NCBI GenBank assembly: GCA_049840735.1
Contig: JASGJN010000017.1
Coordinates: 320,001-384,000, forward strand
Source of the DNA: Anaeromyxobacter sp.
Lineage (GTDB): Bacteria; Myxococcota; Myxococcia; Myxococcales; Anaeromyxobacteraceae
Direction of reading: 5' to 3'
Length of the DNA: 64,000 bases
Every line of letters starts with the position of its first letter. Position 1 is the stretch's first letter. The notes under the pieces are model-generated. The model was not told the origin of the DNA. It ran no database searches and saw only the letters and a list, made by a program, of their open reading frames with translations. Positions 9,204 through 19,400 of the stretch are shown in pieces. The translations under genes and the position numbers were made by a program.

Positions 9204-9991
9204 TTGCGCAGCCCGTTCACCAGGCCGAGCATCTCGTCGGCCGCCTGGATGACCTTGACGTTGGCCTCGTACGCCCGCTGCGCCACCATCAGGTTCACCA
9301 TCTCGTCCACCAGCTTGACGTTCGAGCCCTCCAGGTAGCCCTGGGCCAGCCCGCCCACCCCGTCCTCGCCCGGCCGCGCCGCGATGGCCTCACCCGAGGT
9401 CTCGCTGGCCGTGTAGACGTTGTTGCCCAGCGCCGTGAGGCCGGCCGGGTTGGTGAAGCGGACCAGCTCCAGCCGCCCGGCCGTCAGCGGCTGCTGCTGG
9501 TTCGGCAGGGTCAGCTGCACCGTGCCCTCGGCGTCGATGGCGATGCCGGTCGCATCCGCCGGGACGGTGATCCCCGGCTGCAGCGGGTACCCAGCCTCGG
9601 TGACCAGCAGCCCGTCGGCGTTGACCCGCAGCGAGCCGCTGCGGGTGTAGCCGGTGGTGCCGTCGGGGAGCGTCACGGCCAGGAACCCGTCCCCCCGGAT
9701 GGCCAGGTCGAGCGGCGACCCGGTCTGGCGCATCTCGCCGGCCTCGAAGACCTTGCCCACCGAGGCGATGCCCACGCCGGCGCCCAGCGGCGGCGCGCTG
9801 GCCAGGAGCCCCGCCTCGCCCGTGCCGGCCACCTGCCGGGCGGCGGCGTCCTGCAGCATCAGATCGGTGAAGGTGACCCGGCCGCGCTTGAAGGCCGGGG
9901 TGTTCACGTTGGCCAGGTTGTTGGCCACCGTGTCCACCGACAGCTGCTGCGCCTGCATGCCGGTCGCCGCGATGTAGAGCCCCTCGAACAT
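9200..9991 (-). CDS. flgG: FlgG distal rod protein
   Basis: LYIAATGMQAQQ..ANNLANVNTPAFK, LDLAIRGDGF, QGYLEGSNV..EMVNLMVAQRAYEAN. Confidence 0.95.
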   Translation of the reverse strand: MFEGLYIAATGMQAQQLSVDTVANNLANVNTPAFKRGRVTFTDLMLQDAAARQVAGTGEAGLLASAPPLGAGVGIASVGKVFEAGEMRQTGSPLDLAIRGDGFLAVTLPDGTTGYTRSGSLRVNADGLLVTEAGYPLQPGITVPADATGIAIDAEGTVQLTLPNQQQPLTAGRLELVRFTNPAGLTALGNNVYTASETSGEAIAARPGEDGVGGLAQGYLEGSNVKLVDEMVNLMVAQRAYEANVKVIQAADEMLGLVNGLRK

Positions 9992-10037
9992 GCCTCTTCC
10001 TCCTCGCACCTGTGGCCCGCCCGCGGCGGGCGCCCGC

Positions 10038-10823
10038 TCAAGAGAGATCGCCCAGCTTCCGGATGGCGTTGCCCAGCAGCTCGTCGTAGCCCTGCGCCAC
10101 CCGCGTCATCGACTCGAAGTGCCGCATGGCCTGCATCAGCTCGACCAACTCGTGCATGGCGCTGACGTTTGAGTTCTCGAGCGCGCCCTGGCGGACCTGC
10201 GCGCCGCCCTCCGGGACCACCGTCATCCCGGGACCGCCCGCCAGCAGCCCCGCGCCGAGCCGCGGCAGCGCGCCGGGGTGCTCGAACCGGACCACCTTGA
10301 GCTGGCCGACCGGTTGGCCGGCGGCCGTGAGCGTGGAGGTGGCCCTGGGCTCGGTGATCCTTCCGGCGGCGTCGATGACCGGGGTGGTGGTGGTGAGCTG
10401 GATGGGACCGTTCAGCCCCATCACCGGGTTGCCCGCCGCGGTGACCAGGCGGCCGCTCGCGTCCACGCGGAAGTCGCCCTGGCGCGTATAGGCCGGGCCG
10501 GCCGGCGTCTCCACCTCGAAGAAGCCGTCCCCCTCCAGCGCCACGTCCAGCGGCTGCCCCGTCATCCGGAGCGTGCCGGGGCGGGCGTCGGTCAGGACCT
10601 GCAGCCCGGCCGTCGCGTCCACCGCGCCCGCGAGCCCCACCGGCGCGCGCTCGCCCGCGGCCCGGGCCGCGTCCACCGCCTCCGCGAACGGCCGCACCGT
10701 GGCGACCTCGCGCTTGTAGCCGGGCGTGCTGGCGTTGGCCAGGTTCTGGGCGATCCGGTCCACCCGGCCCATGTCCTGCTGCAGGCTCACCAGCGTCACG
10801 CCGAAGACGTCCTTCATGCCCAC
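10038..10823 (-). CDS. flgF: FlgF rod protein
   Basis: AQNLANASTPGYK, TGQPLDVALEGDGFF, YTRQGDF, QGALENSNV. Confidence 0.85.
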   Translation of the reverse strand: MGMKDVFGVTLVSLQQDMGRVDRIAQNLANASTPGYKREVATVRPFAEAVDAARAAGERAPVGLAGAVDATAGLQVLTDARPGTLRMTGQPLDVALEGDGFFEVETPAGPAYTRQGDFRVDASGRLVTAAGNPVMGLNGPIQLTTTTPVIDAAGRITEPRATSTLTAAGQPVGQLKVVRFEHPGALPRLGAGLLAGGPGMTVVPEGGAQVRQGALENSNVSAMHELVELMQAMRHFESMTRVAQGYDELLGNAIRKLGDLS

Positions 10824-10842
10824 CGCTCCTCCTCTCCTCGCC

Positions 10843-12963
10843 TCACGGCGACACCACGCCCCAGGACTTCAGCTCGATGTTCTGGGGGACCTCGGCCATC
10901 GACAGGACGCGCAGGTGCGGCATCACCCGCTCCGACAGCGCCCGGAGGTGCCGGCGCAGCTCGGGGGAGCAGAGCAGCACCGGCAACAGGTTGCTCTTCA
11001 TCATCCGCTCGGCCTGCTGCGCCATGCGGCCCATCACCTTCTCCGCCAGCGCCGGCTCGATCACGAACGGGCGCGGCGCGCCCTCGGGATCCCGGGCCGC
11101 GGCCAGGCTGTGGAGCAGCTCGCTCTCGATGGAAGGGTCCAGCGTCATCACCTGCAGCGCCGTGGCGTCGCCCAGGAGCCCCTGGCAGATGGCGCGTCCC
11201 AGCCGCTGGCGGACGGCCTCGGTGAGCTGCAGGGTGTCCTTGGTGTGGCGCCCGGCGTCCGCGAGCGTCTCGAGGATCGCCTCCATGTGCCGGATGGAGA
11301 CCTTCTCGCGCAGGAGCCCCTGCAGCACCCGCTGCACGTCGCTGACGCCCAGCACCGTGGGGATGAGCTCCTCCACCAGGCTGGCCTGCGTCTGGCGGAT
11401 CCGTCCCAGCAGCCGCTCGGTCTCGGCCCGGGTGAGCAGCGTCGCGGCCTCGCGGTGCAGCACCTCGGTGAGGTGGGTGAGGAACACCGTGGGCGCGTCC
11501 ACCAGCGTGTACTTGGCCGCGGCGGCGCTGGCGCGCTGGTGGTCCTCGATCCAGAGCGCCGGCAGGCCGTAGGTCGGGTCCCGCGTCACCTCTCCCGGGA
11601 TCGACCGCACGTCGCCGTTCGGGTGGATGGCCAGGAAGCGATCGAAGCGGGCCTCTCCCCGGGCACACGGGACACCGTCGATGACGATCTCGTAGCGGTC
11701 GGGTGCGAGCCGCGCGTCGTCGCGGAACCGGACCCGCGGCAGGACCATGCCGTGGTCCATGGCGAACGAGTGCCGGAAGGCGGAGATCCGGGCCATGAAC
11801 GGGCTGTTGGGCGTCTTGACGACGGGGATCCAGTGCGCGCCCAGCCCGACCTCGATCGGCTCCAGCGTGAGCGCGGCGTACGGATCCTCGCCGCCCGGCT
11901 CCGCCGTCGGGGCGCCCGCCCCCGCCGCGCCTCCGGCCGCCGCCGCCCCGGCGCCAGCCCCGGCCGCAGCCGGCTGCCCCCCCTGCCCGACCTGCGCCTC
12001 CCGCCCCTTGCCCAGCTTGTAGACCAGGAAGGCCACGGAGAGGACGCACCCCTCCAGCACCAACGTCGGCAGCGCCGGGATCCCAGGCAGCAGCAGCAAG
12101 CCGCCCAGGGCCGCCGCCACGATGAGCAGCGCCTTGGGGAAGGACGTCACCTGGCGCAGCACCTCGGCGCTCAGGTTGGAGTCGGAGGCCGACCGGGTGA
12201 CGATGATGCCGGTGCCGACCGCGATCACCAGCGCCGGCACCTGCGTGACGATGCCGTCGCCGATGGTGAGGAGCGTGTACCGCTGGAGCGCCTCGCCCCA
12301 GGCCAGGCCGTGCTGCATCACGCCGATGATCAGGCCGCCCACGATGTTGATGAGCAGGATGATGATGCCGGCGATGGCGTCGCCCTTCACGAACTTGGAG
12401 GCGCCGTCCATGGCGCCGTAGAACGCGGCCTCCTTCTCGAGGTTCTTCCGCCGGCGCTGCGCCTCGGCCTGGTCGATGAACCCCATGTTCAGGTCGGCGT
12501 CGATGCTCATCTGCTGGCCGGGCATCGAGTCGAGCGTGAACCGCGCCGCCACCTCGGACACGCGCTGCGCGCCGTTGGTGACGACCACGTACTGCACGAC
12601 GATCAGGATCAGGAAGACGATCAGGCCGATGACGTAGTTGCCGCCCACCACGAAGGCGCCCACCGCCGCGATGACCCGGCCGGCGTTGCCGTCGGACAGG
12701 ATCAACCGGGTGGCCGCCACGTTGAGCGAGAGCCGGAACAGCGTGGCGATGAGCAGCAGCGAGGGGAAGGTCGAGAACTCGACCGGCCGCGCCATGTAGA
12801 ACGTCAGCAGCAGGATCAGGAAGGCGAAGTTGAAGTTGGTGAGGATCAGGAAGTCGAGCATCCCCGAGGGGATGGGCGCGAACAGCACCACCAGGACGCC
12901 CAGCACCAGGGCGACCATGGCCACGTCGCGGTGCCGGCCGACGATCCGCTTCAGCGACTCCAC
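10843..12963 (-). CDS. flhA: FlhA/SctV export gate
   Basis: FPSLLLIATLFRLSLNVA, RVSEVAARFTLDSMPGQQMSIDADL, FYGAMDGASKFVKGDAIAG. Confidence 0.97.
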   Translation of the reverse strand: MESLKRIVGRHRDVAMVALVLGVLVVLFAPIPSGMLDFLILTNFNFAFLILLLTFYMARPVEFSTFPSLLLIATLFRLSLNVAATRLILSDGNAGRVIAAVGAFVVGGNYVIGLIVFLILIVVQYVVVTNGAQRVSEVAARFTLDSMPGQQMSIDADLNMGFIDQAEAQRRRKNLEKEAAFYGAMDGASKFVKGDAIAGIIILLINIVGGLIIGVMQHGLAWGEALQRYTLLTIGDGIVTQVPALVIAVGTGIIVTRSASDSNLSAEVLRQVTSFPKALLIVAAALGGLLLLPGIPALPTLVLEGCVLSVAFLVYKLGKGREAQVGQGGQPAAAGAGAGAAAAGGAAGAGAPTAEPGGEDPYAALTLEPIEVGLGAHWIPVVKTPNSPFMARISAFRHSFAMDHGMVLPRVRFRDDARLAPDRYEIVIDGVPCARGEARFDRFLAIHPNGDVRSIPGEVTRDPTYGLPALWIEDHQRASAAAAKYTLVDAPTVFLTHLTEVLHREAATLLTRAETERLLGRIRQTQASLVEELIPTVLGVSDVQRVLQGLLREKVSIRHMEAILETLADAGRHTKDTLQLTEAVRQRLGRAICQGLLGDATALQVMTLDPSIESELLHSLAAARDPEGAPRPFVIEPALAEKVMGRMAQQAERMMKSNLLPVLLCSPELRRHLRALSERVMPHLRVLSMAEVPQNIELKSWGVVSP

Positions 12964-14060
12964 GGAGCACCTCCCGTGGCCGGGGCGGCCTGCTGCTGGG
13001 CCCGCTCGCGCATGGCGAACACCCAGACGATGATGCGCGCCACCTGGGCGAAGAGCTCGGGCGGCACGTGCTGGTCGACCGGCAGGTCGCGGTAGAGGCG
13101 CCGCGCCAGGGTCGGGTTCTGGACCACCGGGATGCGGTGCTTGGCGGCGATGGAGCGGATCACCGCCGCCAGGTGGCCCGAGCCCTTGGCCACCAGCTGG
13201 GGCGAGGGCATCTCGCCGTGGACGTAGCGCAGCGCCACGGCGTAGTGGGTCGGGTTGGTGATCACCACGTCCGCCTGGCGGGCCTTCTTGAGCGCCAGGA
13301 TGCGCTTCAGCATCTCGCGCCGCAGCTCGCGCAGCCGGGCCCGGATGCGCGGATCGCCCTCGCGGTGCTTGTGCTCGTCCTTGAGCTCCCGCCGGCTCAT
13401 CCGCATCTGCTTCGCGAACTCGCGCCGCGTGTAGGCCAGGTCCAGCACCGCGATGACCGCGAGCGCCAGCCCCAGCTGCAGCCCCAGCGCGCCGATGTCG
13501 TCGAGCAGGGTCCGCACCACCCCGAGCGGCGGGAGCGTGGAGATCAGGTAGAAGTGTGGCACCAGGTTGCGGAGCGCCAGGAAGACCACCCAGCTCAGCA
13601 CCACCAGCTTGAGCAGCGACCGCACCGCCACGAAGAGCGTCCGGAGCGAGAGATCCGCTTGAACCCGGTCACCGGGTTGAGGCGGGTCCAGTCCGCCTTG
13701 AGCGGCTCTAAGGTGATGAGCGGGCCGGTCTGGAGCAGGTTGCCGGCCACCGCCGCCAGCATCAGGGTCAGGAAGAACGGGATGGAGAGCGAGAACCGCC
13801 GTCGAGAGCGTGCGGGAGAGGAGCGACCAGAGCGCCCCGGCCCCGTCGGCGCGCCCGGCCTGGATGAGCAGCGCCCGGTCGAAGCGGAAGACCTCTCGCC
13901 AAGCGCCCCAGCCGCGCCACGCCAGGAAGACCATGGCCGCGATGAAGACCATCGCCGAGACCACCTCGGGGCTCTTCGCGACCTGCCCCTTCTCGCGCGC
14001 CTTCTGCAGCTTGTACGGGGTGGCCGCCTCGTTGCGGTCCAGCTCCTGCTCGGCCATCAC
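12951..14060 (-). CDS. flhB: FlhB/SctU switch protein with two compensating indels around 13650-13790
   Basis: ATPYKLQKAREKGQVAKS, EGDPRIR, NPTH autocleavage motif. The conserved LLQTGP..RLNPVTGFKRI segment lies in a shifted frame. Confidence 0.93.
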   Translation of the reverse strand: MMAEQELDRNEAATPYKLQKAREKGQVAKSPEVVSAMVFIAAMVFLAWRGWGAWREVFRFDRALLIQAGRADGAGALWSLLSRTLSTAVLALHPVLPDPDAGGGGRQPAPDRPAHHLRAAQGGLDPPQPGDRVQADLSLRTLFVAVRSLLKLVVLSWVVFLALRNLVPHFYLISTLPPLGVVRTLLDDIGALGLQLGLALAVIAVLDLAYTRREFAKQMRMSRRELKDEHKHREGDPRIRARLRELRREMLKRILALKKARQADVVITNPTHYAVALRYVHGEMPSPQLVAKGSGHLAAVIRSIAAKHRIPVVQNPTLARRLYRDLPVDQHVPPELFAQVARIIVWVFAMRERAQQQAAPATGGAPWSR

Positions 14061-14923
14061 GCACCTCCCGGGCGACCGGCGAGGAGCGCGGCCAGGCGAG
14101 CCGGCGGCGCGGTGAGGTCCACCGCCGCCGCGACCGGGAAGATGGCGTCCCAGGTCCGGTAGATGCTGGCGTAGACGCGGTCCAGCGTGGGGCCCACGCC
14201 GCCGAGCCAGACCGACAGCGCGATGATCCCGACGATGATCTTCACCGGGATGCCCATGGTCAGCATGTTGATCTGCGGCATGTTCCGGGCGACCACGCCC
14301 AGCGCCACCTCGACCATCAGCACGCAGAACACCACCGGCGCCGCCAGGGCGAAGCCGAGCGTGAAGAGCCCGCCCACCTGCTGCAGCACCGGCTCCACCG
14401 CCCGCTCGAGCGGCCAGGGCTGACCGAGGGGGAAGCGCTCCAGGCTGTACGCCAGCCCGCGCAGCAGCGCGTGGTGGCCGTTGACGAGGAAGAAGGCCAG
14501 CACGGCCAGCTGGTCGAAGGCCGCGGCGACGATGGGCACCTGGCGCCGGGTGGCGGGGTCGATCACCTGCCCCAGCCCGAACCCCATCTGCACGCCCAGG
14601 AGCTGCCCCGCCATGGAGATGGACGCGAAGGCCACCAGGATCCCCAGCCCCAGGGTCGCGCCCAGGGCCAGCTCGCAGAAGCCCGCCTGCAGCAGCGCTC
14701 CGCCGCCGCCCATCGCGCCCCCCGGCGCCCGCGCGGCGACCTCCGCGCCCGGGAGCCCCAGCGACAGGACCGCCGCCAGCCCCAGCACGATCAGCGCCCG
14801 GATGGTGAGCGGGACGCTCTGCGAGCCGAGCAGCGGGGTGGCGATGAAGGCCGCGCCCAGCCGGAGCGAGAGCAGGACGACCGTCACCAGCCAGCCCGCG
14901 TCGATGGAGATGGCAGCGTGCAC
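14057..14923 (-). CDS. fliR: FliR/SctT export protein
   Basis: Multi-TM; AGQLLGVQMGFG, NGHH, ARNMPQIN. Confidence 0.95.
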   Translation of the reverse strand: MHAAISIDAGWLVTVVLLSLRLGAAFIATPLLGSQSVPLTIRALIVLGLAAVLSLGLPGAEVAARAPGGAMGGGGALLQAGFCELALGATLGLGILVAFASISMAGQLLGVQMGFGLGQVIDPATRRQVPIVAAAFDQLAVLAFFLVNGHHALLRGLAYSLERFPLGQPWPLERAVEPVLQQVGGLFTLGFALAAPVVFCVLMVEVALGVVARNMPQINMLTMGIPVKIIVGIIALSVWLGGVGPTLDRVYASIYRTWDAIFPVAAAVDLTAPPARLAALLAGRPGGA

Positions 14924-14934
14924 GCCGGCCGGCC

Positions 14935-15201
14935 CTAGAACAGCGACGGGATGGACGACCAGAGCTGCGTCCAGTAGTGGCCCACGCTCCTGAGCATCCA
15001 GGAGCCGAAGGCGATGAGCCCCAGGGTGGCCGCCAGCAGCTTCGGCACGAACGCCAGCGACATCTCCTGGACCTGCGTGACCACCTGCAGGACGCTGACG
15101 ATGAGCCCGACCAGCATGGTCAGCGCCAGCACCGGCGCCGAGACCACGATGGCCGTCCAGAACAGCTCGCTCATCAGCTGCAGCGCAAGGTCAGCGCGCA
15201 T
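14935..15201 (-). CDS. fliQ: FliQ/SctS export protein; apparent first gene of the operon
   Basis: VGLIVSVLQVVTQVQEMSLAFVPKL. Confidence 0.95.
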   Translation of the reverse strand: MRADLALQLMSELFWTAIVVSAPVLALTMLVGLIVSVLQVVTQVQEMSLAFVPKLLAATLGLIAFGSWMLRSVGHYWTQLWSSIPSLF

Positions 15202-15676
15202 GGTTCCCCCCTTGCGCTGCCCCGCGTGGAGGCGGCGCCAGTTCCCCAGCCGTTTCGTCTGCGCGCCCCCCGGCGCGCCGCCCCCGCACTTGGCGGTGCA
15301 CTGCCCAGGTCGCGCTCTGGTTCGGGGCTTCCCAGCCCGGATCAGCCGCTCACCTGCCGACCGCCACCTGCGTGACGTTGTCCGTTCCGGGTACTACGGC
15401 TGCCGCGAGCCAAACAAGTCCCACGCCTTCACGCCGGGTGAGACCGCATTCAGACTTGGCGTCAAGTCGGCCGACGGGTGCGACAGAAACCGTCAAGCAG
15501 GACCGGGAGTTGGTGTGGCGAACATGGGGATTTCCTCATTCACCCCGCGTGCTCATGCGATCTGTCGTCGCACCACCTCAACTCGTGGCGGGCGCGGGTG
15601 CAACGCGCGCCGCGCAGGCGCGCCCGGCGGCCGCCCGGTGTGCGCGCAAACGTTTGTAGGACCTGACAGTGTCGGC

Positions 15677-16429
15677 TCAGCGAGCCGGATGGCGCGGAGC
15701 TACCGGAAAACGCACGCCCCGCGCCTCCAGCATGGCGATGACCTTGGCCTGCCAGGAGCGCTGCGGCTCCAGGTCCACCCGGCCGGTGGAGACCAGCCGG
15801 CCCAGGTATTCGAGATCGCGCGAGTATCCTCGCTCGAGCAGCTCGGCCACGCGGTCGTACTGGTTCAGCGCCGCGGCCTGGAACGCGATGGTCCAGCCGG
15901 ACGAGTCGGCGCGTTCCAGGTCGGCCCTGTCCAGCAGGAGCTCGTACCCGGCCCATCCCCGGCCGTGCACGCCGAGCGCAAGCGCGGCGGCGATGGCCGT
16001 CTTGCCGGACTTTCGGTCCAGGGCGTTGGCATCGCCTCCCCGCGCCAGCAGCACGCGCAGGCAGGCCGGGTCGTGGCGGGTGGCCGCCGCGAACACCGGC
16101 GAGAACCGGCCGTTGTCGTGGTTGGGGTCGGCACCGGCCTCGAGCAGCGCCTCGACGCCCGCCTCGCTACCGCATCCGACGGCCCAGAGCAGCGGGGTCG
16201 TCCGCTCGGCCCCCTCACCCTCCAGGTCGGCCCCGGAGGCCAGCGCGGCCTGGAGCGCCTGGCGGTCCCCCGCGCAGGCTGCGCGCGCCAGCGCTGCCTG
16301 CGCAGGCACCTCGAACACGGCTGCCGCATCCCGTTCCTTCACTCCGCGCTCCCCAGCCGACGCGACGGACGCGAGCGCGGCCGCCAGCAACACGGCTGCG
16401 GCCCGACAGCTTCCGCCGGCCGGCCGCAT
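15677..16429 (-). CDS. Ankyrin-repeat protein with signal peptide; likely immunity protein of the lipase toxin
   Basis: TPLLWAV..GADPN and SPVFAAA..LLARGGDAN repeats; hydrophobic N-terminus; ATG overlaps the toxin stop (TGATG). Confidence 0.8.
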   Translation of the reverse strand: MRPAGGSCRAAAVLLAAALASVASAGERGVKERDAAAVFEVPAQAALARAACAGDRQALQAALASGADLEGEGAERTTPLLWAVGCGSEAGVEALLEAGADPNHDNGRFSPVFAAATRHDPACLRVLLARGGDANALDRKSGKTAIAAALALGVHGRGWAGYELLLDRADLERADSSGWTIAFQAAALNQYDRVAELLERGYSRDLEYLGRLVSTGRVDLEPQRSWQAKVIAMLEARGVRFPVAPRHPAR

Positions 16430-19400
16430 CAATTGCCCCAGGTCCCCTGGGAGAAGGCGGACCACATCCCGAACACCACGTTGTCCATCATGTGCTGGTT
16501 CACCATCTCGAGAGGGCTGAGCATGTCGAACCAGCTGACGGGCTGCCCCAGCGCGAGGCCGCCGTCGCTGCCGAGCGTCGGCGGGCGGACAGCTTCGAAG
16601 CCAAACCGCTCTCCAGCCGCGGTTGGGATGCCCCCGAACAGCGAGCCCCCCGAGTAGACCAGCGGGAGGCCAAACCCGCCCAGTCCCCCGGTGGCCGCCA
16701 GGAGGCCGCCCGCCACCCCGGCGGCCAGTCCCCACTCGATCACGTCCTGCCCCGTGGAGAGCACCTCACCCTTCACGAAGTAGGCGTCCACCAGCTCGCC
16801 GGCCCGATCCCGGTTCACGCCGTAGGGCGCGAGGGTCGCCTCGTGGACCCCCGCTGCGTTGAACGTCACCGCGGTGGCCCCGGTGGCGAGCGCCTGCGCA
16901 GAGGCCAGCCCGCCGCCCAGCGAGTGGCCGGTGAAGCTCACGTTCTCCACGCCCACCGCCGCAACCAGCTTGCGGCCGGCCACGATGGCCCGGTCGTACT
17001 GCTCCGCCGACAGGCCCGCTCCCTGGGTCAGGTTGTTCCACCAGTCGACACCGCTCTCGGTGCCCCGGTCGGTCATGATCAGGCGCCCGCCGGGGGCACG
17101 ATAGACCGCGGCCGCATAGCCGGAGCCGTCGTTCCGGAGGTCCTCGTTGCTAAGGTTCAGGTTCGCCAGCTCGCGGTCTCCCAGGCGCTGGTATCCCTCG
17201 GGCAACAGGGCCTCGACCGCCTCGTCGAAGTAGACGTCCGTGCAGAGCAGAGCCCGCTCGAAGACGGGCTTGAAGGCGTCCAGCTTGGCCTGCAGCTTGG
17301 GATCGGGGTGCGCGGCGAGCTCCCTCTCGAGCGCCTCCAGCTGCTCGCGCACGGCGACCATCTGGGCGATCTTGCGGGCGTCGTCGTCCGCCTTGTCGGC
17401 CGCAGTGCCCGCGGCCAGCAGCTGGTCGCGCGCGTCCTCGTAGGCCGCCTTCTGCGCCTCGGTCTGGGGTTCCCAGGGCGCCTGCCACGCCTCCTTGACG
17501 GCCGTCACCAGGCCGTTCGCGAGCGCGTTGCCGAAGGCATCGGCGGCCACCTGCACGAACTCGACCTTGCCCTGACGCGCCAGCGAGGTGGCCGTCCCCG
17601 CGACCACGCCGGACACGGACGCGGTCAGGAAGGCCTTGCCGAAGTCATAGCCCTTCGACGCATCGTAGCCCTGCGCCCAGTCCATGCCCGCCGCGGTGGC
17701 TGAACCCACCGCGCCGCCCACCGAAGCAGCGGCGACATTCCACCAGTCGAAGTTCTCCTGCAGGTGCGCCAGGCAAGCGATGCCCTGCGTGCCGGCGTTC
17801 GCGACGGACGCGCGGAGCGCCGCCAGGGCCGAGGTCGTGACCACGTCGGCGGTCTTCACGATCGAGAACGCCGCCCCCGTGACTGCCGACACCGAGCTGC
17901 CGATGGCCCCCATGGCCACGGCGCCCCAGTCGAACTCCTTTTGCAGGCCGAAGGCCATCCCGGTGAGCTGGCCCGCCGCCGAGCCCACCGCCCCGCCCAG
18001 CGCCGCGGCGCCCACCAGCATCGCGGCGGTGGTGAGCGACGCCGCCCCCGCGATGGCGCTGCCGCCCACCACGGCTGCGCCGGCCCCGAAGACCCCGGCG
18101 CTGGCGCTGACCGCACCCATGGCGATGGCCGCCGCGCCGGCCGTGACCACCGTCGCCACGATGGTGACCACCACCGCCAGGATGATGCCGATCACGCCGC
18201 AGGCGTTGGACTGGGAGGTCGCGGCCGGCGCCGGCAGGTTGGGCGAGGTGTTGCCCACCACCTTGGACGGGTCGTAGGGCTGGAAGGTGCCCGAGTTGTT
18301 CCGCGACCCCGCGGCGCTGCTGGGGATGATGAGCGTCTGCCCGACCCGGAGCTCAGCGTCGCTGCGCACGCCGTTGGCGTCGCCGATCACGTACCAGAGG
18401 CTGGCGTCGCCGTACGCCGCCAGCGCCACCGAGCGCAGCGAGTCGCCCGCCCGCACGGCGTAGGTGCCGACCGCCGCCGAGGGGTAGGCGTTGGTGATGG
18501 CCTGGTAGGTGAGGCCGAAGCTGCCCTGGACGGTGTAGTTGGGGTTCCCGTCCTTGGTCGGATCGTTGGGATCCGTCCCCTGGCCGTAGACGCCGAGCAC
18601 GTTCCCGTCCACCACCAGCTGGCGCAGGACCCGTCCCTCCTGCACCTTCATCAGCACGTGGCCCGCCGAGTCGTTCACGAAGCGGCGGTCGAAGGCGTTC
18701 TTGCTGGTGTCGTCCACCCCGACCAGGAAGCCGTTGACGTCGTAGCTGTCGGTGGTGGTCCCCTTGTTCGAGGCGTTGTCCTCGCGGTACCCCACCACCT
18801 TGCTCTCGCGGTAGCCCTCCAGCTTCGCGAAGGACACGTCGTAGAACAGCCGGATGCCCTCGGAGCCCAGCGAGGTGTAGTGCACCACGTTGCCGGCGGA
18901 GTCGTAGCCGCTGCGCCACTCGTAGACCGGCGAGTAGCCGATGATGGAGGTGGTCGAGCCCCCGTACCCGTAGGACGAGGAGCTGCTGGTGGTGCTGTAG
19001 ATGGGGGTGGTACCGGTCTGGACGCGCTCCTCGTACCGGGTCTCGCTGTCCAGCGAGCCGTTGGCCTTCGTGACCTTCACGGAGCGCAGGCGCCCGTTCT
19101 CGTCGTAGCGCGAGACGCGGACCCGCGCGCCGTTGGCCTCGTCGTCACCGCCGGCCACGGCCGCGATGAAGGACGCAGCGGTACCGCTGGCGATCCCCAC
19201 CTTCACCACCCGCGAGGCGCCGTCGTAGAGCCGCTCGTCCACCGTGAGCGCCGAACCGGCACCGAGCGCGGTCCAGTTCTCGTCGAAGCCGCCCGCCTTC
19301 ACCGCGATGAGCCGGTTCAGCGCGTCGTAGGTGTAGTACTCGTAGGCGATGCCGTCGCGCGCCTGGTAGAGGGCCACGCCGGCGGTGGAGCCGTAGGCGA

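Noticed and set aside
10014..10027. ggcccgcccgcggc matching the start of the junction repeat between flgF and flgG
   Set aside because: Only 14 all-GC bases in a very GC-rich sequence; the AT-rich core is absent
52..15201. Injectisome (non-flagellar T3SS) or ordinary complete flagellar locus
   Set aside because: Rod, FliE and L/P-ring genes are flagellar and no secretin or needle gene is seen. An ordinary flagellum is not supported within the window but cannot be excluded, because the operon continues past the edge
15202..15676. Sigma54 promoter or small ORFs upstream of fliQ
   Set aside because: The TTGCA near 15600 lacks a correctly spaced GG; the ORFs have no coding signature
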